The notes under the pieces are model-generated. The model was not told the DNA's origin, made no database searches, and saw only the letters and a list, made by a program, of their open reading frames with translations. From contig JBHGNT010001191.1 in the NCBI GenBank assembly GCA_043228905.1, positions 1-11,096 on the forward strand: DNA of 11,096 nt, in the 5' to 3' direction. Within the stretch, counting starts at the first letter, position 1. Each line of letters begins with the position of its first letter. Positions 1 through 9,600 of the stretch are shown here, one piece after another. This DNA is from Azolla caroliniana (Eukaryota; Plantae; Polypodiophyta). A program made the translations under genes and the position numbers.

Positions 1-50
1 ACATGATCTTTTTATTTTTACCCACATCCTTTTCATGTTTACCTTTGAAA

Positions 51-1500
51 TGGTAATTATAATCTCCAAGCATAGAGGAGCGTCAATATGAATTCTAGTT
101 TATATATTGTGAGAAGTTATCGCACTTGAACGAAATGTTAATAAAAAAGTTTATAAACATACATGAAACCATGTAGTGGTAAATAAATGTGAGGAGAAAG
201 CTTATTTACAATGTTCCAATAGTTCACCATCATAGAGAAGTATATAAAACTATCAAATGCATTTGTATAGTTATTTCTCGTATAATTGTGCATCACCATG
301 AATGAACTTTGGAAACCATGTACTAGTAATTTCAAAGCTCTGTTGTATTAGCTACTTGTATTCCCTACCATCAATTTATAGATTCTGGTGTAAGTGGTGT
401 AAAGGGTTTTGTGAAGCCATAAATGAGAAGAAATGCATAATTGTAATAAGAGGTGAATTAGCTAGTTGCATTACCAACCATCGAATTGTTGATTTTGTTA
501 TGTGTAGTGCAAGGGGTTCAATGGAGTTAGAAATGAAAAGAAAGGCATTTGGATACATTTCGTAGAAGAACCCACTTTGGTTCCAATATAATTGAGAAAC
601 TTTCCTCTCGTGTGTGCAAACATCAGCACGTATCTTCATCTAGTATATGGGAATAGAACATGAGCCTACAATTATAGACAATATTCTTATTATCGTGGAA
701 TGCTTTGGGCTATCTTATTTCATTTGAATGTAAGAGTTTTTGAAGATGATTACAACATTACATAATGAATGATTCTTTATTCCACCCATCCTTCTTTTGG
801 CACTCATTACAAAATCAAATATTCTAGCGACCATTGTTGCATTCGTGCACCAATAAGATGCAATCGTTTTATATATCTAGAGGCTATCCTTCAACACAAC
901 TAACATTTTATGATCGACAAAAAGGACTAAGCAAGATATGGGATGACAAGTTTCAATTGGGTGTGATCTTTTATTTGCTTTCATGTCTCAATCACGAGTA
1001 TAACGTCTCTTATGTATTCCCAACCACATACAATTTATATATAAATGTCATGCCAATTGAGTTTAAAGTAGTTACACCCCTCAGGTAGATTATTGATCAC
1101 ATCAATGTTATGTTGTCAATAATCGCATCATTACATTAACTTTCATAACTTCCCATTCACATATTTGATACATGTTTAGTCATACATCGTTGTTGTAAAG
1201 ATGATAAACTATAGGATATACAACATATTTTGATAAACCTTTATTGAATATATGTAGTGGTGATCCATCAAGTTTGAAAGTTAAGGGGCTATATAGTTAA
1301 AAAATACAAATGTTGGTTACACACAATGTCATGTAGAGGGTAATGATTATCAACAAAATAGAGCTTGGGGACTCATGTAAATTGTATGGTTGTTAAGTTT
1401 GATGTTGCACTTATCTTATTTTATGGGATTGTGAATGGGTGTGGTGAAGGTATTCCATTTTATAAATTATTGGCTAACTATGAGATATTGCCATAACATT
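51..1500 (-). pseudogene. Highly degenerate Ty3/gypsy pol remnant (RT C-terminus, RNase H, integrase)
   Basis: Manual minus-strand translation across frames gives colinear motif ghosts: FT* for the F.W motif (~1375), QT/DGS for TDAS (1261-1269), PIVYH (1201-1215), YLRG (1076-1087), WL/EY (~1025), FHDNK (686-700), Y*MKIRADV (619-645), LIYGF (413-427) and AWRL*LP (51-71). Order and most spacings match the intact pol in this window. Many stops and frameshifts. Confidence 0.7.
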
Positions 1501-1582
1501 GTTAATTTATCCTTTATTTCATATCTTTTGCCGCTTCTTTGAAGGTATTGTTGTCCTCACGCGTGCTCAAGTTTGAAACAAA

Positions 1583-1600
1583 CTTCTTCTTCTTCTTCTT
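1583..1600. repeat. (CTT)6 microsatellite
   Basis: Direct reading. Confidence 0.9.
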
Positions 1601-2056
1601 TTCCAAAAAGAAAAACTACTTCCATTAGTTAAGCAATGTACAAAGGATAATTTACAACTCATATCTTACACGACATCTTGCATGTCAAAGGAAAACAATA
1701 TGTGTAGATGAAACACCAAGAAAAAAAAGAAACAACTCCAAAGAACCACATCATTCGATGTGTATAGCATTACTCGGATGCATATTCTCCACGTGAGCCT
1801 CATACAAACCAGAATTCAGCATAGATGTCCTCCATTCACTCCTCATGGCAGCACCCATGTAGATGTTCGGTATACTCGGAGGGAACAACCATCGTGGTGG
1901 TTGATAATTCCACTTCACTTTACCAACAAACTTTTTACAGTTATTTATGCGTGTATTGAAACAACATGACAATATATATATTTTTTAAACCTAGAAAAAT
2001 TAAGAATTTATGGTAAGGTAGACTCTTAAGGTTTGACCTGCGAAGACATAATATAA

Positions 2057-2082
2057 TCTCTCTCTCTCTCTCTCTCTCTCTC
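2057..2082. repeat. (TC)13 microsatellite
   Basis: Direct reading. Confidence 0.95.
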
Positions 2083-2398
2083 CATAATGACCAATATTAG
2101 TGAATAAAGAGTTCTCTCTCGTGCCCATTTGCTACGAATTTTCAACTCATACGAGTAACGATGATGAAACTTGTTGTATCATGAGTCATGAATGTTGATG
2201 TGGTTGAGATTTTATTTCTAATCATGTCTAAAGAATACAACGAGCAAGTGGAAATGTTATCTATTTGCAACTAAATTATGAGATCGTGGCAACAAAAAGG
2301 TCGATGAATTCCTATAGTACATGGAAATCCTAAAGCACCTTCATTATTGGTCGATTATTGATGGTTATTCACTATCCACGATTCATGTTTGTTTTTGT

Positions 2399-2492
2399 CA
2401 CAATTTTATTAGAATATTTCATCTAAGCTCACAATTTTATTACAATTTTTCCCATAAGCTTATAGTTTGATTAGAATATTTTTCTCTAGGCT
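2399..2492. repeat. Three degenerate ~31-bp tandem copies
   Basis: cacaattttattagaatatttcatctaagct / cacaattttattacaatttttcccataagct / tatagtttgattagaatatttttctctaggct. Confidence 0.75.
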
Positions 2493-2890
2493 TTTTACAA
2501 ATGTTTAATATTCTCATTATTGATAAAGGTAAATATCCATATTTTGTGTAGAGAAAGTGTCAACTCATGTCAAACTAAAAAAATGAAGATTTTTGAGCAT
2601 TCAACTAATTTCTCAAGACTTGATTATAATCTCGAGCCCTAAAAATAATGATTGATTCATAGAGATACAAAACACAAGATTAACCACTATGCTATCATGT
2701 TTATCCATTTCAATTTTAAAATCTCTGATTATTTTTGTAATTATAAAACTGTTCTCTTCGTTGTGTTGAACTAATGGGGAGCATATGCCAAAATATATAT
2801 TTAAACACAATCTTAATATATTAGGTCATGTAAACACGATCGTAGTACTTCTTGATTTATGCATGTCGATCAATTGGAAAAGAAATCTGA

Positions 2891-3013
2891 TTTTGAGTTT
2901 TCGACTCTTGTATGTTGTTACATCAAATTAAACATCGATTTCATTGAGACTATATGGTTTTGAGTTTTTGACTCTTGTATGCTTGTTACATTAGATTAGA
3001 GATCGATTTCATT
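2891..3013. repeat. Imperfect direct repeat, ~55 bp x2
   Basis: 2891-2945 vs 2958-3013: 5 mismatches and 1 gap by manual alignment. Confidence 0.9.
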
Positions 3014-3296
3014 CCAAATTTGTGTCAAAGCCAAAGAAAGAGAAATTTAGGAACGAGGTAGATTGAGATACTTTGAAGAGATAGACAACATAATATAGAA
3101 CTTGATGCAATTCAAAAGCTAAAGACGGATGTTAAACATAATGCTTCATCCTAATCATGAACCTCTTTAAATAAGTTTCACACTTAAAATGCACGAAGAC
3201 CACTTGGCGCACATGCATGACCAAATGCATAAATGAGACTTTGTGACACCTGTGTGAATATGGAGAGTTTTAATCTCTACATACGATGGTAGTTTG

Positions 3297-3386
3297 ACAC
3301 ATTGAATGTGATGGTTTTAGCTTAACCCCGAGGTCAGGTTCAAATGTTTTTATAACACCTTGAACACGATGGTTTGAGCTTAACCC
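3297..3386. repeat. Imperfect direct repeat, 32 bp x2
   Basis: 3297-3328 vs 3355-3386: 5 mismatches, sharing the core GATGGTTT.AGCTTAACCC. Confidence 0.8.
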
Positions 3387-4265
3387 ATTTTTACCCGAAT
3401 GTCATGGCTTCAATTTCCTATTTGACATGGAAATGATAAATCCTTGAATGCATAAAATTAGACAAATTTTACACAAGGTAGAAGACATTGATGAGGTCAT
3501 ATTAATTGATGAATTAATGTTCCCTAAGCCCTACCCTAATGTTAAACAAAAATAGGAGGAAGGGAGAAATAATTGATTTATGCAACGATGGATGAAATGC
3601 TTCCATATTTATGTAATATTATCTGATTTTTAAGTAGCTTCTTTTTGGATAAATAAATAAATCTGATTTTTGGAAACTTTGATAATATATTTATTTAGAG
3701 CGTAACAAGCCCATCCCTCAAAAAGCTCAGCGATGGCAAGGAGTAGGAGCAGAGAATGGCGAGCAGGAATAGGAGCACGGTGAGGAGTGCCCACATTGGA
3801 TAACTGTGTGTCGTTGTCCAAGATCTCTCGTAGCGGCTATCACAGGAGGGAGTCTCAGCCGCTCGTCAGTGGTTGTCGGCTGCACAAAGGGCATCGAATG
3901 AGTCTCCCTACCCCTACAGTGTTAGGGAATCACTTTGAGGAGACGTTGTGAGGCAGGGAAGATGCGGAAAGTGAATGACGGTGTTCCTACAAAAGGAAAG
4001 GCTTCCTCCCATTGTCCTCGTTGGCCTTCGCTTCCCTTGCCATAAGACCATACCTCAAACCCCATGTAATTTTTCATTTATAATGTTAATTACATGTTTT
4101 TAATTATGTTTCTCTCCCTCACCCTCTCTCTCTTAATCGTGTTTTAATTATGTTTCTCTAGTTCGTAATAGCACCTCTCTATTTCATTTTTATTAGTATG
4201 GTAATCCTCTTCCCTCCCTGTAACCCTTGTTTTTAAATTTTAATTATGTTTTTCGTCTCGTTTTT

Positions 4266-4348
4266 TAGTTTTAATCTTAGGTTTATTTATGTTTTAATCT
4301 CTCTCTCTCTCTCTCTCTTTAGTTTTAATCTTAGGTTTATTTATGTTT

Positions 4349-4388
<40 letters not shown>

Positions 4389-4558
4389 AGTTTTAATCTT
4401 AGGTTTATTTATGTTTTAATCTCTCTGTCTCTCTCTCTATCTAGTTTTAATCTTAGGTTTATTTATGTTTTAATCTCTCTCTCTCTCTCTCTCTCTCTAG
4501 TTTTAATCTTAGGTTTATTTATGTTTTAATCTCTCTCTCTCTCTCACTCTCTCTCTCT
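4266..4558. repeat. Compound minisatellite: 5 x [TAGTTTTAATCTTAGGTTTATTTATGTTTTAAT + (CT)n]
   Basis: Identical 33-bp units start at 4266, 4320, 4388, 4442 and 4498, each followed by roughly 10-17 CT units, a few of them interrupted. Confidence 0.97.
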
Positions 4559-4895
4559 TTCAATTTATTTTAATTAGTATGTTAATTCCCCTCCCTTTTA
4601 ACCCTATCTTTTAATTTCTTTCTAATTACCACACCCTTTACTTTATTTTTAGGTTCATGTTTCTAGATTTAGATTTTATGTTTGTTAGTTTTCGGGTTAT
4701 GTTTTTAATCTTAGTGTTTAACCCCCCACCCCTCTTCCTTTTTGTTATTCCTAATCATGTCGTCTCCCTCTCCTTTCTTCTACCTCGTTTTCGATTCAGG
4801 TGCGCTCAAATCGAGCGTGGTGTTCCTCTTCTCCTACCTCTACCCGTCGATGATCCACCATTCCGCACTCCTTGTTTCGACCGTAAGGTCCATAA

Positions 4896-6180
4896 CCCTA
4901 CAACACCAAGGAAGGTGTGGGCAATGTCTTGATAGTAAAGGAGAATAATGGCATTGGCCAGGTTCAAGAGAAGCAGGTGGAGGAGGGCATTGATGAAAGA
5001 AAAGGGATTGACCTTTATCTTTCTCCGGCAGAGAATCAAAGATTGATGGAAGAAGTGGGCCATTTAAAGTGTTCATTGTTCATATGTCGGTTGTTAGGAG
5101 GACGACCAAGTAAAGGGATGTTAAGGGACATGTTGTAGGCAGCCCTTTTGGATAAAATGTCGCCTATCCAGAACATTTTGAGAATGGGCCTCAACTATTA
5201 CCATGTGATCTTAGAAGAAGGCCATAATGTGCAAGAGATTCTGGAACACAAATGGATTACACTGAAGTATGGCAAAGCCATGATTTTGGAATGGAGTCCA
5301 GACTTCGATGCAAAGGAAGAGAATAAAAAAGTGGGCACACCGATGGTCATTTCAGTATGCTTCCCAGACCTGCCCTTCCAACTCCACCATTTGATCCCAA
5401 AGCTCGCACACAATATAGGGGTGGTATGTACAACGAAACCTTCATTTGTAGATAAGGTAGCAGAAATGCCCAAGATGAAGGTGTTGGTTAGTGACATTAG
5501 AAAACTACCATTAGAGATTAGAGTCCACATGGAGAACTTTGGCCGAAGGGTGGTGAAGGTTGGTTATGAAGGTTTGTCGGGTCAATGCTTTGCATGTAAG
5601 GAGATGGGTCATATGGCCAAACACTGCCCCCAGTATGGGAATGCAAGAGCGGATAGGGGACAGCAAGACAACAAGTTGCCGGATATCCCAAATTCAGGGA
5701 CGGCAAGCCACATGGTCCTGGTTCACAATGGGAAGCAAGTAGTAAAGGAAAAAGGATGGATATCGCCGAGGAAAGTGGCCAAGCCTGGCCTCCATGGTCT
5801 TACCGGCCCACCTACAAGTGGAGGTTCCATTTCAAATAGATTTGACATCCTATCACAAATGGAACCCCAGGAAGGTGAAATAATTTTAGCAACTCCATTT
5901 GATTTACTGCCCAAGTCGAGACCCACGAAACACTCGTAGAGCCCTTTGAGGGTCGTGGCAGTAGATCTTCATCAGACCTGAGAATGGTTAAGGCATGGAT
6001 TAGGAAAGGGAAGGACAAGGAAAGTGAAGTGGACATCAGGAATACTGAATCGCAAAAAATGATCGCACGGATTGAGGTTGGAAATCCCTCGTCTGTGGGT
6101 GTTGAGTTTGTTATGTTGCAAGCATTGAGGATGCAAGATACGCAGGTACCCAAGATCGTTATTATAGACCATAGTACTAA
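4896..6180 (+). pseudogene. Plant L1-type LINE ORF1 (DUF4283-like + zinc knuckle), disrupted
   Basis: ORFs 4917-5138 and 5148-5939 share one frame, split by TAG at 5136-5138. Motifs: ILEWSPDFD, V.FPDLP, V.YEGL..QCFACKEMGHMAKHCP (5586-5627) and SNRFDIL. A probable frameshift at ~5903-5939 leads into the 5984 frame, which stays open until the LTR at 6181. The true start is uncertain. Confidence 0.85.
6176..6180. other. Predicted target-site duplication (ACTAA)
   Basis: The 5 bp flanking the LTR end; 5-bp TSDs are typical of plant gypsy elements. The matching copy would lie outside the window. Confidence 0.5.
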
Positions 6181-6428
6181 TGTAAGCTTAAGATAAGGAT
6201 AATGAAAAGATAGATAGAAAGGAGAAAGAGAAAGAAGGGTGCCGATCCACCCGACCACCCCCGAGCGAAGGGATCGAGACGGACTCGAGCCTCGATCGGC
6301 GTCCCATACCACCGCCGTGGCGTCGAGTCGTACCTGGTGCTGGCGCGCTCGCTACAAGAGTTGACCCACCACACGAGCAGAGTCTCGATGTAGTCAAAAG
6401 ATGATCAAATGAGGGCAGCTAGGCCTCT

Positions 6429-6436
6429 TATTTATA
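6429..6436 (-). promoter_or_regulatory. LTR TATA box
   Basis: Minus strand CTATAAATAAG, with TCA initiator-like sites ~26-34 nt downstream (6410, 6402). Confidence 0.7.
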
Positions 6437-6551
6437 GCGATACCCAAGGCCCCCAGGCAAGTTCACACTTGACCTAATGGGTTGTCTCAATCCCGAGGAT
6501 TAAAAGTAATCCTCCCCTTCTTTACACTCTCATTTAACCCTCACACTTATC

Positions 6552-6557
6552 CACGTG
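6552..6557. promoter_or_regulatory. G-box/ABRE-like CACGTG in U3
   Basis: ACACGTGG on the minus strand ~115 bp upstream of the TATA box. Short motif, function untested. Confidence 0.35.
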
Positions 6558-6600
6558 TATAGAATACTACGGTAAATTCTTACCACGGGATATTATATGG

Positions 6601-9600
6601 TCATGCCCGTAACATACTCCCCCTCTTTAAAACATTGCACTCTTGCAATGGAAAGTTAGGGAAGTTAGTTCTAAGAGTATTTTCGCGTTCCCATGTGGCA
6701 TCTTTTATTGATTTATCCATCCATTTTATTTTGAATTCTCGGATTTCTTTAGTACGTAATTTTTTTGTTTTAACATCGAGAATTCTTTCTGGTACATGTG
6801 GTTTAGAAGATAATTCTTCAGAAGTAACCAGAGTTTCAGTCGTAACTGTATTGTCGCCAGAACCTAGAAGTTCTTTTAGACGACTCACATGAAAGACTGG
6901 ATGAATTCCGACACCATCGGGAAGAGCGAGACGATAGGCTGATGACCCAATGCGTTTGAGGACTGTAAAAGGTCCACAAAACCGTGGGGCTAACTTAGCG
7001 CACTTACCCGTAGACAATGTCTTAGAATTGTGAGGTACACGTAAAAATACCTTCTGTCCAGGGTTGAATACACGAGGTTGCCTATGATGATCGGCATAAA
7101 AACGCGCTCTATCTTGAGCTGTTTTTATATTATCTCGTGCAATATGCAACATATCTTGCATATCCCGAAGAAAGTTTTGCGTACTTCGCAACTCATCATG
7201 ATGTATAGTAACATCAATCGGGGCTCGTGGCTGAAAACCATACATCAACATAAAAGGACTATATCCCGTCGACGTATGCTTGGAGCTGTTATAAGCAAAC
7301 TCCAAAATTGGGAGATAACGTTCCCATTTTGTTGGTTTTGCACCAACGTATGCTCGAAGCATGTCCTCAATAATTTGATTTACTCGTTCTGTCTGTCCAT
7401 CGGATTGAGGATGATCCGTGGAGCTCATGCTCAACGTAGTTTCTAACTTCTTAAAGACCTGTGTCCAGAAGTCACTAGTAAACTTTGGATCTCGATCACT
7501 CACGATATCCATCGGTAACCCATAAAAACGAAATAATTCGTCAACGAATTGGTAAGCCAATTCAGGAGCTGTTACCGTGGTTTTAGTAGCAATAAATCTG
7601 GCCATTTTAGTTAGTCGATCAACGACAACCCAGATGGCATCATGACCTTTTTGGGTGCGAGGAAGGCTAACAATAAAATCCATGGATATACTTTCCCACT
7701 TATTATTGGGAATGTCCAAGGGATGTAAAAGTCCTGCGGCTTTAAGTCGCTCGGCTTTGTTAACCTGACACTGGTGACATTTAGTCACATAGCTATGTAT
7801 GTCAGGACGCATCTTAGGCCAATAAAATTGAGTGGAGATGAGAACGAGTGTACGATGTATTCCAGGGTGCCCTGCTGAGGGTGCATCATGGCATTCAAAA
7901 AGAATCCTCTTTTTGACCTCGGGTAAATCTGGAACACAAACCTTCCCATTACGGTAGAGCAAACCGTTAGCAATGTGGAAGTATTCCTTCGAGGATGTGG
8001 TGGTGTCTGTTCCAGACTCAACTCTTGTCCAGTATTTTGCGAAATAACTGTCATCAAGATACTTTCCTCGAAGGTGATCATAAAGATCTGATGATATTTC
8101 AGTGAAGCTAAGCGTGTTAACTTCACGGATGCGACTTAGTGCATCAGCGACAATGTTCATGGAACCTTTACGATATCGTATGGAAAAATCAAAGTCCTGG
8201 ATGAGATCAGCCCATCGTGCCTTACGACCTTTCAGGTCTTGTTGGTCACAAAAATATTTCAAGGACTCGTGGTCCGTAGTTACCACAAAGTGATTTCCAT
8301 AAAGATAATGGCGCCATGTTTTGAGCGCATGTATAACTGCAAATAATTCCTTTTCTTGAACGGTATACCGACATTGAGCAGAATCAAGTTTCTTACTCTC
8401 AAATGCTATTGGTTTACCATCTTGATACAAGACAGCACCTATAGCATAAGCGCTTGCATCGGTTTCAACCTCAAAAGGTTTTGAAGGATCAGGTAAAAGA
8501 AGTGAAGGAGCCTTGCAAACTAGGTCCTTGAGTTCCTTAAAGGCGAGGTCTAGTGTACCATTCCACACAATAGGTTTTGTAGACTTACGCGTTTGACCTT
8601 TTAAAAGATCAGTAAACGGCGTCGTCAATTGGGAGTAATTACGAAGAGACTTTCGCAAAAACCCCACAAAACCAAGGAATGATCGAACTTCTCGAATATT
8701 CCGAAGAGTGGGCCAAAGCTTGATTTTCTCAATGCGAGAAGGATCAATTTCAACTCCTCGTTCGGTTATGAGATGTCCTAGATAAGTAATTGATTTCTTG
8801 AAGAACTCACATTTTGAGATCTTCGCATAAAACTGTTTGTCACGCAATGTTTGTAAAACAAAGCGGACATGTCTAGCATGTTCTTGTAATGTACGGCTAT
8901 ATACTAAAATATCATCCAAGAAAATAACGACAAATTTTCCAAGTTGTTCTCGGAAAATGTCATTCATTTCTTGTTGAAAAGTAGCCGGAGCATTGGTCAA
9001 ACCAAAAGGCATAACCAAAAACTCGTAATGGCCATAGCGCGTACGAAATGCCGTTTTAGGAACATCGTCCTCACTTATTCGTATTTGATGGTAGCCAGTA
9101 CGGAGATCAAGTTTCGTAAAATACCGAGCTCCCTGGAGACGGTCAATTAGATCGTCAGCCCGGGGCAATGGATACGAATTCTTGATCGTCACTTTATTCA
9201 AGCGTCGGTAATTAATACACATACGCCATGTGCCCTCTTTCTTTTTAACCAAGAGAACTGGTGCACCCCATGGAGATTTACTATAACGTATATAACCCAT
9301 TCGTAAATAGTCCTTGAGTTGCTTAGATACCTCATCTTCTTCGGATCGACTTAAGCGATACGGAGGTATACTTATTGGTGCAACACCAGGTACAATATCT
9401 ATACGATGGTCTATATTACGTTTAGGAGGTAACCCATCAGGTAGTTCACTTGGAAAAACATCATGAAAATCATTTAAGATTTCATCAAGTTGTTGTTGTT
9501 CAAAATATGTTAATTGAATCGGGACATTATCGATATTGTAAACGTGAATGTCCGGATCAAGTACACAATAAAATAACGTAGAACAAGACAACTCGGATAT

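Larger units (their letters stand above)
3700..6180 (+). mobile_element. 5' part of a LINE (putative 5' leader + ORF1), cut by the gypsy insertion
   Basis: ORF1 identity as above. The 5' boundary is inferred only from the sharp AT-rich to GC-rich transition at ~3700; no TSD can be checked. ORF2 is not in the window. Confidence 0.5.
6181..6614 (-). repeat. 3' LTR (434 bp)
   Basis: On the minus strand it starts TGTTAC, 2 nt after the PPT, and ends CTTACA, giving TG...CA with an imperfect terminal inverted repeat. The left end coincides with an abrupt composition change and with the end of LINE-like coding sequence. No second LTR is in the window to confirm the boundary. Confidence 0.85.

Noticed and set aside
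1751-1972. Overlapping 69-73 aa ORFs in a slightly GC-richer patch
   Set aside because: No recognisable domain or gene structure.
3522-3539. Telomere-like CCCTAAG-CCCTA-CCCTAA
   Set aside because: Too short and degenerate to call an interstitial telomeric repeat.
3788-3798. snRNA/telomerase-RNA USE-like motif TGCCCACATTG
   Set aside because: Imperfect match to RTCCCACATCG, no TATA at the expected spacing, and no recognisable snRNA or telomere template downstream.
3961-3986. Group II intron domain V look-alike (GATGCGGAAAGT...CGGTGTTC)
   Set aside because: It lacks the AGC triad and the domain V stem does not pair.
4266-4558. CRISPR array (33-bp identical repeats with variable spacers)
   Set aside because: The spacers are only (CT)n, the context is eukaryotic, and there are no cas genes.
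3733-4916. Spliced N-terminal extension of ORF1 (ATG 3733, phase-0 junction 4065/4800, in frame with ORF1)
   Set aside because: The frame match has a one-in-three chance, and the joined frame contains six stops, so it is not supportable as coding.
5812-6397. Minus-strand ORFs (166 aa and shorter) spanning the LTR/LINE junction
   Set aside because: Chimeric or LTR-internal frames, low complexity, with no motifs.
6181-6614. Hammerhead ribozyme in the LTR (retrozyme-type)
   Set aside because: No CUGANGA/GAAA core seen on either strand.
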